A stretch of 64,000 bases of DNA from an uncultured Acidobacteriota bacterium (GCA_963741955.1 CAVUKB010000007.1:480001-544000); one strand, 5' to 3'. Shown: positions 20,798 through 35,936, counted from the first letter of the stretch. Numbers and translations: made by a program. Notes: generated by a model not told the origin, from the letters alone.

Positions 20798-21565
20798 TCA
20801 TTCGCTTCGCCGGAGGAGCGTGAGTGCGAAAAGCGCCGAGGCCACGCCGATGGTGGTCGGTCCCAGCGAGAGATGCCACCACCGTGCGATGCCGAAGCCG
20901 AGAGCGACGGAGAGCATGCTCGCCGCGGAGGAAAAGATCAGGAAGCGATCGAGAGTCCTGGCGAGATTCCGGCCGGTCGCCGCGGGGACGATGATCATCG
21001 CTCCGACCAGAAGTGCTCCGAGAAACTGCAGGCCGATCAGAATGGTCAGACCGAACGCCGCCAGATAGAGAAGCTCGGTCCGGTTCACGTCGATCCCGAG
21101 CGAGCGGGCGAGGTCGGGCGAAAAGAGCTCCAGGATCAGGGAGTGACGCAGCGCGTAGATCGTTCCCGCAATCGCGACGCAGCCGGCGATTCCGAGCGTG
21201 AATCCGACCCATCCGACTTCACCGAATCCGCCGAAGAGTGCTTCGATCAGATCCTCTCTCGGAGTGAGCAGCGTTCCGACCGCCAGAGCGGCGACGAAGA
21301 TCACGCCGATGGAGGTCTCGGTCGCCAGTCCGCTCCGCCGCTCCAGCTGCTGAATCAGAACGATCCCCACTGCCAGGCTCGCGGCCGCACCGATGAGCGG
21401 GTTGATCTTCCAGAGAAACGCGAGACCCAGCCCCGGAAGCGCGAGATGGGAGATCACATCGCCGGCGAGCGTCATCCGCTTCATCAGGGCGAAGCTGCCG
21501 ACCAGACCGGCCACCAGCGCAGTGGCCAGCGCGAGAACGAGCGAAAGAGTGTCTGGAGTGCTCAT
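20798..21565 (-). CDS. Metal (Zn/Mn) ABC transporter permease
   Basis: GDVISHLALPG, LFG, GALLVGAMIIVPAAT. Confidence 0.88.
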   Translation of the reverse strand: MSTPDTLSLVLALATALVAGLVGSFALMKRMTLAGDVISHLALPGLGLAFLWKINPLIGAAASLAVGIVLIQQLERRSGLATETSIGVIFVAALAVGTLLTPREDLIEALFGGFGEVGWVGFTLGIAGCVAIAGTIYALRHSLILELFSPDLARSLGIDVNRTELLYLAAFGLTILIGLQFLGALLVGAMIIVPAATGRNLARTLDRFLIFSSAASMLSVALGFGIARWWHLSLGPTTIGVASALFALTLLRRSE

Positions 21566-22254
21566 GTCCGGTGGAGGTGGTCGTGAACCATCTTTGCTCC
21601 GAAGAGCTCTTCCAGAGTCTCCGGGGTCAGGTCTTTCGGAGGGCCGAAGCAGGTTCCGGTGCGATTCAGGCAGAGGACTTTCGTCGCGTATCGATAGACG
21701 AAAGAAAGGTCGTGAGAGACGACGATCACGCTCAGTCCATGCTCGTTCTGCAGGCGGTGAAGGAGCTCGTACAGCTGCTCCTCCCCCGGTTCGTCGAGCG
21801 ACGCCGCCGGTTCGTCGAACAGAACCACCTCGGGGTCTCCGAGAAGGGCGAATGCGATCAGGGCGCGCTGGAACTGACCTCCGGAGAGCTTCCCGATCTG
21901 GGTCGAGAGGACGTTCTCGCTGAGACCGACGTGAGAGATCACGTGCTCGATCGCCGCCCGACCATTGCCGGTGATGCTCGCTTTCGAATCCAGGAGATTC
22001 CGGACGTTCAGGGGGACGCTCCGGTCCGCGTCGATCTTCTGCGGGACCCAGGCGGGCCGGCCCACGCCGCTCCAGCGGACCTCGCCGCGGTATGGAAGGA
22101 GGCCGAGAAGACACTTGAGGAGTACGGTCTTCCCCGCGCCGTTCGGTCCGATGATCGCCAGACTGTCGCTTCTCTCCATCGAGAAGCTCACGTCTTCGAG
22201 AATCGTCCGGCCGTCGAGCGAGACCGACACGTTCCGGACCTCGAGAATGGGCAT
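21562..22254 (-). CDS. Metal ABC transporter ATP-binding protein
   Basis: GPNGAGKT, LSGGQFQR, His-rich tail HDHLH. Confidence 0.88.
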   Translation of the reverse strand: MPILEVRNVSVSLDGRTILEDVSFSMERSDSLAIIGPNGAGKTVLLKCLLGLLPYRGEVRWSGVGRPAWVPQKIDADRSVPLNVRNLLDSKASITGNGRAAIEHVISHVGLSENVLSTQIGKLSGGQFQRALIAFALLGDPEVVLFDEPAASLDEPGEEQLYELLHRLQNEHGLSVIVVSHDLSFVYRYATKVLCLNRTGTCFGPPKDLTPETLEELFGAKMVHDHLHRT

Positions 22255-22296
22255 GCGTCCTCCGCCGGCATTCTAGCCCGGATTATGAGCGGGCTA

Positions 22297-22457
22297 GGAG
22301 TCTGCGCGGTAGAAACGTCCGTAGCGATAAAGCGGATCAACGGTCCAAATCCGCCCGGATTTTCGGCGAGTAGCCACCGCTACGCACCTCAAATCCGAAC
22401 GAATTTAGCCTCGCTGCTCCGCTTTATCGCTACGGACGTTTCTACCGCGCAGACTCC
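22297..22457. mobile_element. 161-bp palindromic MITE, copy 2
   Basis: TA on both flanks; same TIRs and core as copy 1. Confidence 0.88.
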
Positions 22458-22525
22458 TAGGGAGAAGAGGGAAGGGTGAAGAGAACATGTTCCGTCGATG
22501 CCTTTCCTTTTCTCGGTGCTGCCGA

Positions 22526-22570
22526 GCTCACTTTCGCTCACCGCTCACCGCTCACCGCTCACCACTCATT
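22526..22570. repeat. Heptamer array (GCTCACC)n
   Basis: Four perfect copies plus degenerate ones, upstream of the gene at 22621. Confidence 0.8.
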
Positions 22571-22620
22571 CCCTGCCGCTCCCACCTGCGGTATCCTTTT
22601 CCCTTCCGGAGGAGCGCATC

Positions 22621-23766
22621 ATGCCTGAGACGAAACACGTGACCCCGCGTCGCGGGGATGTACTGCTGCTGGTCGGTACCATGAAGGGAGCCTTCGTTCT
22701 CCGATCGAACGGGGAACGGGAGAAGTGGAGCGTCGGAGGACCGTATTTCCCGGGGAGCACGGTCTACTCGATGGCCTACGACTCGAGAGCGGGACGGAAG
22801 CGGATCTGGGCCGGGACGATGAGCTGGCATTGGGGACCGGTCCTCCAGTCGAGTGATGACTTCGGGAAAAGCTGGAGCGAGCCGGGCGAGTCGAAGGTGA
22901 AGTTCCCGAAAAAGACGGGAACGGCACTGAAGAACATCTGGCAGATCCTCCCCGGCGACGACGACGAACCCGATACGATCTACTGCGGCGTCGAGCCTGC
23001 GGCGCTTTTCGTTTCGCGCGACGCCGGAGAGAGCTGGAAGCTGGTGGAAGGTCTCTGGAACCATCCGCAGCGCGAGAAGTGGCAGCCCGGTGCGGGAGGG
23101 CTCTGTCTCCATACCATTCTTCCCGATCCCGAGAACCGGAAGAGGATGCGCATCGCAATCTCTGCGGCCGGTATGTACGTGACCGACGACGGAGGGAAGA
23201 GCTGGCGCCCCTCGAACAAAGGGGTCCGCGCCGAGTTCCTTCCCGACAAGTACCCCGAGTTCGGCCAGTGCGTGCACAAAGTCGTTCAGTCCAGGCAACA
23301 CCCGGAGAGGTTGTACCTGCAAAACCATTGGGGTCTCTACCGGAGCGACGATCGGGGAGAGAGCTGGAAGGATGTGGCGAATGGAGTGCCTTCGGATTTC
23401 GGCTTCGCGATGGCGGTCCACCCGCAGGATCCAGACCGCGCCTGGATCGTGCCGCTCGAGTCCGACGGGTTCCGCTGCACGCCGGAGGGAAAGCTGCGGG
23501 TCTACCGCACCAGCGACGGCGGAGGAAAGTGGGACGCGATGTCGCGAGGTCTCCCGCAGAAGGGAGCGTACGAGACGGTGCTGCGCGATGCGATGTCGGT
23601 CGATGCGCTCGATCCCGTCGGCGTCTACTTCGGGACACGCAGCGGCAAACTGTTCGGCTCCGCGGACGAAGGGAAAAACTGGTCGGAGATCGCGGACGGA
23701 CTCCCGCCGGTGGTCTTCGTACGAGCGGCGGAGGTCTCTTCCTCGCGGCGCGGAAAGGGGGCGTGA
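22621..23766 (+). CDS. Cytoplasmic BNR/Asp-box beta-propeller (sialidase-like) protein
   Basis: Repeated SxDxGxSW Asp-boxes, LYLQNHWG, VPSDFGF; no signal peptide. Confidence 0.85.
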   Translation: MPETKHVTPRRGDVLLLVGTMKGAFVLRSNGEREKWSVGGPYFPGSTVYSMAYDSRAGRKRIWAGTMSWHWGPVLQSSDDFGKSWSEPGESKVKFPKKTGTALKNIWQILPGDDDEPDTIYCGVEPAALFVSRDAGESWKLVEGLWNHPQREKWQPGAGGLCLHTILPDPENRKRMRIAISAAGMYVTDDGGKSWRPSNKGVRAEFLPDKYPEFGQCVHKVVQSRQHPERLYLQNHWGLYRSDDRGESWKDVANGVPSDFGFAMAVHPQDPDRAWIVPLESDGFRCTPEGKLRVYRTSDGGGKWDAMSRGLPQKGAYETVLRDAMSVDALDPVGVYFGTRSGKLFGSADEGKNWSEIADGLPPVVFVRAAEVSSSRRGKGA

Positions 23767-24047
23767 TGTCGCTCCTGTTCGTTCTCCCGGGAGCGCTGCA
23801 GCCGCTCGCGGGAGAGCGCGCCGAGATCCGGCTCGACGGGAATGCCGCATCGGTCGGAGCTGCGCTTGATCTCCTCTGGTCGGAGACGCCAGCCGTTCGC
23901 GATCGGGTGGTGGACGAGCTCGGACACGTGCGGGCTCACGTGAACGTTTTCGTCGATGGAGAGAACGTCCGCGACACGGGAGGTCTCTCGACGCCGGTTC
24001 GCGACGGAGCGGAGATCCTGATCCTTGCGGCAGTGAGCGGCGGCTGA
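23766..24047 (+). CDS. MoaD/ThiS ubiquitin-like protein
   Basis: HVNVFVDGE, C-terminal AVSGG; start overlaps the upstream stop (TGATG). Confidence 0.88.
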   Translation: MSLLFVLPGALQPLAGERAEIRLDGNAASVGAALDLLWSETPAVRDRVVDELGHVRAHVNVFVDGENVRDTGGLSTPVRDGAEILILAAVSGG

Positions 24048-24101
24048 GGCCGGCCGTTGCGGCCGTTCGCGCCAGGAGAAGCGCGAACGGCCGCGGCCAG
24101 A

Positions 24102-27100
24102 TCACGGAACCGAGGCTACCGTCACCGGGATGCAGGTGACGTTGTTCGATTCATCGCTCTCTGCGACCGCCTCACCGGGGTCGATGCGGGCGCAGAGGTA
24201 TTGTGGTCCGATCGGTGCCTGAAGCGGAATGATGCCTCCGACGTCGCTGGAGATGGGAGCGGGGGCGGGAAGATCCACGGATGCACCAGCGCCGACATCC
24301 GGAGTCCGGCTGATGCGGCCGCCCTGAAGCAGACCGTCCTCCCCATAGGCGACTCCTTCGGGCAGCGGCAGGGTCGCGAATCCGGTGGGCATCGACGCGT
24401 CGGATGAGAGCACGAGGTCGATCATGTACCCCTCTCCGGCGGGCCTGGGGGTGCCATCATTCATGATCGTTCCCGGGGCTCCTGCGGATCCGATGTTGGA
24501 GACCACGACTTTCATCATTCCCGAGAGATCCTGGCCGGGCATCACCGTCGTGCCGGTGAGCTCGATCGCCCGTACCACCAGGTCCGGAGCGCCGCCCCCG
24601 GTGAGAAATACGCTGACGGCGTTCTCCTTGCTGGCCGAAAGGAGAATCGGCAGGTCGGGGTCGGGTGGTACGAAGAACGGGACGTGAACGCTTCCGTCAC
24701 CCATGACCAGGCCCCGCCCCACGGGCACCAGAGCGTCCTTCCCCATCTGCCACGCGGTCAGCGTGGCGCCAGGCGCGGCGTATTGGAGGTCGAGTCCCGA
24801 GTCACCGAGCAGCAGTTGGTAGGAGAGCGGAAGCACGAAGTGGTACGGATTGCCCGTCCAGATCTCCGCGGTCGGATCGCCGAACGCGTGCCACATCACC
24901 CACTCTCCCAGCAGTTCGTCGAGCCTGATCGAGCCTGCCGGCTGTGCCACGCCGTACTGCGAGAGGAGGTATATCTTGCCGTGGATCAGGATGTCGCCCA
25001 GCCGGTGCTTTGCGCTGGTGCCTCCGAAAGAAACCGTTTCGGGAAAGACCGCATCGAAGAAGCCGCGTGAGAGCGCGCTGTTCTCCCAGCTCGGGCTGTT
25101 GCGGTTGTCGCCGAGTCCGGCGACGATTCCGCCGCCGGGGAGCATCAGGAGTCGTTCCATGAACGACTCGGTCGGCGATCCGGTGTCCGTTTCGCGATCC
25201 CAGTAACCGCTCGCACAGTTGACGGAAAACATGAACGGAAGAAGCTCCCCGTTGGTCAGACTTCCGAAGTTGGCGGTGGTGAACGCGGGACTGACCCAGC
25301 CGCTCGACCCTCCGTGGTCGCGGTGAAACACGAGGAAGCGGCCGTCGTTGATCGCGTTCACCACGTCTGCGGCGGTGCCGTTCCAACCGAATCCGCTGCC
25401 GGGCGCGAGATCGGCGGGAAGGGAAGCTCCGTCGTAGTACCTGCGAGGGGTCGGATCGGTGACCGTCGCGGCGGCGTAGTCGGTGTCGGTGGTATAGATC
25501 CGGTCGACCGAATATCCGCGCGCCATCATCACGTCTCGCGCCAGCTCGGAAGTGATGACGAAGCTCCGCATGGTACGGCCGGCCTGAGTCACGTTCGTGC
25601 GGCAGCACTGGAAATACGAAGCGTTGGTCGTGCTCGTGTAGAAAGGCGCACCGCCGCCGAATCCGAGGAACGGCGGATGCGACTCGTACTGAATGGTCTT
25701 GTCCACGACCGTCTGTGCTTCCGAAGCCGTGTCGACCGGAATCCGCCCTACCGCGAACCAGGGAAGATTATTGAAAAACGTCCTGGAGTATGTGGAGTAT
25801 CCCCAGTCCGAACCGTTGGTGGAATCGCCGCTGGTGGAGTAATCGAGTTTCGCCGGAGGAACGAATTCCGAATCGCCGACGATCAGGACGTATGAAGGTC
25901 GTACGATACAGTTCTGATACCGGTTCTCGATGAAGTCGTCGATCTCTGCCGCGGTCGCCCGCGGAGTCCCGCTTCCGACCTCGTAGACGCTGGTCATGAT
26001 CCCCTTATCGCGTTTCCACTCCGCGAGATCGTCGGCGGCATCGCGGAAATCGGGATGAGTCAGGATGAGCAGTTCCTCACCGAAGCAGGGAAGCAGATGG
26101 AAGTCGATCACTTTGACGTAGCTTCCGACTGCGGGGGCATTGACGACTTCCTGGATCGAGGAAGACGACGCCGGCTCGAAGGGACTCAGGGTCTGGTTGG
26201 TGACGAACGTACCGTCACCGCCGTCGAACTGCACGTCGAACTGGATGGAGTCGAACAGAATCATCTGATCGCTCACCGGATCGTATTGCCCGGCTTCACA
26301 TTCGATCTGAGCGATGTCGAGGTCTCGAATTTCCCCGAGGAGCTTCACCGCACAGGGGCTGGGTGGGTAGAAGCCGGGGGTGGAGTAAACCTCCTCGCTT
26401 TTCACGAACGGTGGATTCATGAATGTCGAGGGAGGCGGAAGGGGTTCATTTTCGAATCGGGGGTCGGTCTGATCGACCGGCTGATTCTGATAGGGATACA
26501 GATTCAGCATGAGCTGCTCACTGGTGGACTTCTGAACGGCGGGAAGCGAGACCGCGGCGCCTCGAGGAACGCCGATGATGGCCTGCCAGGACGGGACCGC
26601 GGGAAACCCCGGGGCGCCGACGAGGTTGTCCACTCCGGGGAGCGACATCTGCGTCCAGGTCTCTCCGCCTTCCTGGACCGTCCAGAACCGCGGGGCACCG
26701 AACGCGACGCGCGCCGAGAAGTGATGGTTGTCCGACTCGAGCACTTGCAGTTCCGGAGAGCGATCGAGCGAGGAGTCGGCACAGGGAGACGGCGGCACCT
26801 CGGAGCGGACGATCTCGTCTCTCAATTGCCTGCCGCGGTTGTAGAGTTCTTCGGCGACGGCGATTGAGCGGGCGCGCCGGAGGGCCTGCGCCTGGTTCAT
26901 GGATGCCTGCAGGACGTTCGCTGCAGTGCAGACCTGGCCCCGCTCGTATGCGTCGAGAGCGTTCCGGACTCGACTGAGGAACGCGTTCTTCACTCCCTTA
27001 TTCAGCTGGTCCGCAGGAATTGCACCAATGAAGTCGAGCAGTTCATCGAATGACGCGACGATGCCCGGCTCCGGGGGATGAGTCGTGACCCTCGCCGTCG

Positions 27101-27185
27101 CGGGTGGTATCGATGCGGTGATGCACAGGATTGCAGCTAGAGCCGATGGGAAAATCCGACAGAGTGCCTTCACGATCAGTTTCAT
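24102..27185 (-). CDS. Secreted C25 (gingipain-like) cysteine peptidase with propeptide and C-terminal CARDB-like domain
   Basis: GFPAVP propeptide, LAEWKRDKG, YVLIVGD, VGRIP, HRDHG and SVNCASG catalytic dyad, FGDP, ESDESNN. Confidence 0.85.
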   Translation of the reverse strand: MKLIVKALCRIFPSALAAILCITASIPPATARVTTHPPEPGIVASFDELLDFIGAIPADQLNKGVKNAFLSRVRNALDAYERGQVCTAANVLQASMNQAQALRRARSIAVAEELYNRGRQLRDEIVRSEVPPSPCADSSLDRSPELQVLESDNHHFSARVAFGAPRFWTVQEGGETWTQMSLPGVDNLVGAPGFPAVPSWQAIIGVPRGAAVSLPAVQKSTSEQLMLNLYPYQNQPVDQTDPRFENEPLPPPSTFMNPPFVKSEEVYSTPGFYPPSPCAVKLLGEIRDLDIAQIECEAGQYDPVSDQMILFDSIQFDVQFDGGDGTFVTNQTLSPFEPASSSSIQEVVNAPAVGSYVKVIDFHLLPCFGEELLILTHPDFRDAADDLAEWKRDKGIMTSVYEVGSGTPRATAAEIDDFIENRYQNCIVRPSYVLIVGDSEFVPPAKLDYSTSGDSTNGSDWGYSTYSRTFFNNLPWFAVGRIPVDTASEAQTVVDKTIQYESHPPFLGFGGGAPFYTSTTNASYFQCCRTNVTQAGRTMRSFVITSELARDVMMARGYSVDRIYTTDTDYAAATVTDPTPRRYYDGASLPADLAPGSGFGWNGTAADVVNAINDGRFLVFHRDHGGSSGWVSPAFTTANFGSLTNGELLPFMFSVNCASGYWDRETDTGSPTESFMERLLMLPGGGIVAGLGDNRNSPSWENSALSRGFFDAVFPETVSFGGTSAKHRLGDILIHGKIYLLSQYGVAQPAGSIRLDELLGEWVMWHAFGDPTAEIWTGNPYHFVLPLSYQLLLGDSGLDLQYAAPGATLTAWQMGKDALVPVGRGLVMGDGSVHVPFFVPPDPDLPILLSASKENAVSVFLTGGGAPDLVVRAIELTGTTVMPGQDLSGMMKVVVSNIGSAGAPGTIMNDGTPRPAGEGYMIDLVLSSDASMPTGFATLPLPEGVAYGEDGLLQGGRISRTPDVGAGASVDLPAPAPISSDVGGIIPLQAPIGPQYLCARIDPGEAVAESDESNNVTCIPVTVASVP

Positions 27186-27443
27186 GAGTCTTCCTCCTTC
27201 CACATAGAAAGACAGACGGACTCCTGGCGGGCTACGCCGGCCCGCTCGGAGTCGATCGAGTTGTAGGGAATGCCTCACATATTGGGTCGCGAGGCGGGAG
27301 AATGCAACCCCGCGAAGGCGCTTTCGATCGTCTATAGACACCGCGATTCAGGGTCCGCAAAGCATTACTGCCCATAGTGGAGAGAGTTAGAATGGTTCTG
27401 CTCGCATTGCGATGTTTTTCCTGGAGCGGAGTATCCTCACTCT

Positions 27444-29960
<2,517 letters not shown>

Positions 29961-29994
29961 GGGGATCGACGGTTCCTTCGCCGCCCCCGCAAGT

Positions 29995-30643
29995 CGGGAG
30001 GATCGTCGTAGCTTGCCGGAAGCAGGGCGGGGCGGGACCCCGCCCTGCATCGGGCGAGGACGCCCAACCCACATGCCCCGCCCTGCATCGGGCGAGGACG
30101 CCCAACCCACATGCCCCGCCCTGCATCGGGCGGGACGCCCAACCCACTAGGTGGGTCGGGCAAAGTGGGTCGCGCATCGTGCGCGAGGCTCGCCGGCGTC
30201 GCGCCGGCGAGCGATGGCGTCAACGGAACGCGTGTCGTTCCTCTCGCGCGGCGGTAGGTTCGAGTCTCTCTGCTCGGGAGGATCGTCGTGATTTGCCGGG
30301 AACAGGGCGGGGCGGGACCCCGGCCTGCATCGGGCGAGGACGCCCAACCCACATGCCCCGCCCTGCATCGGGCGGGACGCCCAACCCACTAGGTGGGTCG
30401 GGCAAAGTGGGTCGCGCATCGTGCGCGAGGCTCGCCGGCGTCGCGCCGGCGAGCGATGGCGTCAACGGAACGCGTGTCGTTCCTCTCGCGCGGCGGTAGG
30501 TTCGAGTCTCTCTGCTCGGGAGGATCGTCGTGATTTGCGCGGGAGCAGCGTGGCGCGGGACGCCACGCTGCATCGGGCGGGGACGCCCAACCCACTACCG
30601 CCCAACCCACTACCGCCCAACCCACTACCGCCCAACCCACTAC
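29995..30643. repeat. Nested REP/BIME-like array: ~242-bp units containing 38-bp GTGG-REP units, ending in 15-bp repeats
   Basis: CGGGAGGATCGTCGT at 29995, 30275, 30517; repeated TCGGGCGAGGACGCCCAACCCAC; lies between convergent genes. Confidence 0.9.
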
Positions 30644-31635
30644 TATGAGCCTGGTGGCGGGCTCGTTCCGGTCGGCGGCGGCGGGACGGTCGTCGTGGTT
30701 TCCGGCGGAGGTGCGGTGGTGGTGTCGGTCGAAGTCTCGGTCGGAGCGGTCCCTGTCGTCGAAGAGGTCTCCGTCGGAGTGGTCGTCCCGGTCGTGTCCG
30801 TCGTCGACGTCGATGTCACGGTCGGTTCGCTCTCCGGTGCTTCCGCGGCCGTATCCGGCTCGCTCGTTTCGGACCCGGTCGTCGTCTCCCCCGTCGACGT
30901 CTCCTGCTGTTCTTCTTCCTGCTTCCGCGACTCGGTCAGAATCTGCTGCTCCGCGCCGTATCCCCAGCGGCTCAGTCTCGCGAGGATGATTCGTTGCCGG
31001 GCCCGAAGGCGCTTGTTCGGATCTCCCGGATCCATCACCGTCGGGTTCGGAAGCGCACCTGCGAGGAGAGCGGCTTCCGTCGCGGTGAGCTCCGAGGCGT
31101 GCTTGCCGAAGTAGTGTTCCGCGGCGGCCTCCGCACCGTAGACTCGTTCGCCGAATTCGACGACGTTGAGGTACAGCTCGAGAATTCGCTTCTTGGAGAG
31201 GTTCTTCTCCAGGCTTTTCGCGATCAGGAGCTCCTCGATCTTCCGCAGCGGGTTTTTCGACGGCGAGAGATAGAGGTTCTTCGCGAGCTGCTGGGTGATG
31301 GTCGATCCACCGTACGCGAAGCGCTTCTTCTCCCAATCCTTCCGGAGCGCCTCCTTCAATCCGTGGACGTCCACTCCTTCGTGCTCGTAGAACGAATTGT
31401 CCTCTGAGACGAGCACCGCCCGACGGAGCGCGGGAGCGATCCGCGAATACGGAACCCAGTGGTACTGGAGATCGTCGTTCTTCCCCTCCGCACGGAGCTC
31501 CGCTTTCCTCTCTTCCATGAACGCAGTGGTCTTCGGTTTCTCCCGGCGAAGCTTCGCCGTGTCGGGGAACGTCAGCCATTTCCATCCAACGAAGAGGAGG
31601 AGTGCGAGAAAAACGATCAGGAAAATTTTCTTCAT
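30643..31635 (-). CDS. mtgA: Monofunctional peptidoglycan transglycosylase with Thr/Glu/Pro-rich tail
   Basis: EDNSFYEHEG, GGSTITQQLAKNL, RKIEE, KKRILELYLN. Confidence 0.92.
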   Translation of the reverse strand: MKKIFLIVFLALLLFVGWKWLTFPDTAKLRREKPKTTAFMEERKAELRAEGKNDDLQYHWVPYSRIAPALRRAVLVSEDNSFYEHEGVDVHGLKEALRKDWEKKRFAYGGSTITQQLAKNLYLSPSKNPLRKIEELLIAKSLEKNLSKKRILELYLNVVEFGERVYGAEAAAEHYFGKHASELTATEAALLAGALPNPTVMDPGDPNKRLRARQRIILARLSRWGYGAEQQILTESRKQEEEQQETSTGETTTGSETSEPDTAAEAPESEPTVTSTSTTDTTGTTTPTETSSTTGTAPTETSTDTTTAPPPETTTTVPPPPTGTSPPPGS

Positions 31636-31826
31636 CTGCGGTCGAAGATCCGTGATTTGTGGTCGAGACTCTGGCATCTTTGGACGAAGGCCGGATGGCT
31701 CTTCTCGAGTCGCCTTACCGGCTTCGTCAGCCCTCTTCGATTCTCACTCAAAAGAGGTGCCTGCCGGATTCTCCCACGAGATCGGATGTCCGGTCCCGTA
31801 TGACGGATAATAGATCCGAGGTTCGC

Positions 31827-32468
31827 ATGCACAGATTGACCATTCCTGCACTCGTTCTGCTTCTCCTGGTTCCCGCCGGCGCGGATGCGATCGACACCGG
31901 ACCGGTTCGGGGAAGTCACGTCGCCATCACCGCCACTCCCGACATCAACGCCACGGGAGTCGATCCCGAAGCGAGACGCCTGATGCCTCGCTATCTGGCG
32001 GAGGAGCTCGAGCGTGGTGGCTACCACGTCAGGATCGCCGATGCGACCGCGGCCGATCTTCTGGGGCGTGCCGAGCGCCCGGACGAGTTTCTGATCGAGA
32101 TCCTCTACACCGAAGCGGACGGCCATCCGATCGGAGACATCTCCACCGGAGGAATCATTGGAGGAGAAACGGGAGTGGGGGCGGAAGTCGCACTCATCTC
32201 CGCGAGGGCGGCGGCGAAACTGGTTCTCTACGACGGATACTCGGGACGGCAGGTCGACTCGTTCGTGGTGAAGGGATCGGCAGTGCAGCCGGCACTGGCC
32301 GGGCTCGGCATCGGAGGGCGTCACGGCGGATTCTTTCTCTCCCTCCCGATCTTCAGCCAGGCGCCCTACCGCTCCGCTTTGCGCGACCTGGCCCGGGAAG
32401 CGGTAAAGGAAATCGCGGCGCACGGCGCGGCGGCAGGACTCGAGCGCAAAGGAGAACCGCAGCGATGA
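31827..32468 (+). CDS. Secreted hypothetical protein
   Basis: Signal peptide ending ADA; stop overlaps the cutA start. Confidence 0.7.
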   Translation: MHRLTIPALVLLLLVPAGADAIDTGPVRGSHVAITATPDINATGVDPEARRLMPRYLAEELERGGYHVRIADATAADLLGRAERPDEFLIEILYTEADGHPIGDISTGGIIGGETGVGAEVALISARAAAKLVLYDGYSGRQVDSFVVKGSAVQPALAGLGIGGRHGGFFLSLPIFSQAPYRSALRDLAREAVKEIAAHGAAAGLERKGEPQR

Positions 32469-32800
32469 CCGCGACTGCAACCGAAGCCGTTCTGGTGTTG
32501 ACCACACTCAGTGAGGAACACGATCCGGCGCCGTTCGCACGGACGCTCGTCGAGGAGCGGCTCGCCGCGTGTGTGAATGTCGTCGAGCCGATCCGCTCGT
32601 TCTACGTCTGGGAGGGAAAGCTCTCCGACGACCGCGAACAGCTCTTCCTGATCAAGACCACCCGCGGACGGCTGGACGCGCTCCGCGAGCGCCTCCTCGA
32701 GATTCACCCGTACGACACCCCGGAGTTCGTGGTGCTCGAGATGGCCGGCATCTCGGAGAAGTACGGCGCGTGGCTCGCGGCGGCGGTGGGGTCGGGGTAG
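32465..32800 (+). CDS. cutA: Divalent-cation tolerance protein CutA
   Basis: LVEERLAACVN, SFYVWEG, HPYDTPE. Confidence 0.93.
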   Translation: MTATATEAVLVLTTLSEEHDPAPFARTLVEERLAACVNVVEPIRSFYVWEGKLSDDREQLFLIKTTRGRLDALRERLLEIHPYDTPEFVVLEMAGISEKYGAWLAAAVGSG

Positions 32801-32945
32801 GCTCGGCTTTCCGCCAGCGGGGCGCCGCGGCTTCCGCCGCGGCCGGCACGGCGGAAGCCGTGTCGCACCCATATCCCGCAACCCACAACCCGCAACCCCG
32901 AAATGCCTGCGCGCTCCGCGCCGTTAACACCGGCCGGAGCGAGGC

Positions 32946-35789
<2,844 letters not shown>

Positions 35790-35936
35790 TAGGGGGAGAC
35801 ACGATCCATCGTGGCCGAACTTTCGAGGATCCGCGGTCGAGTTTGAGCGATTCACGGGCGGAGGGCGAATCGTCTTCCCGGCGCAGCGACGGGAGTCTGT
35901 TCGCAGGTCCGATTTCTTCCGTCGATCCGAGCGTGA

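Noticed and set aside
30250-30280. tRNA-like GGTTCGAGTC T-loop (also near 30499)
   Set aside because: No cloverleaf, T-stem pairing or CCA end; it lies inside the duplicated REP unit
32800-32945. LexA box upstream of uvrA
   Set aside because: No GTTC-N7-GTTC, GAAC-N4-GTTC or CTGT-N8-ACAG pattern seen
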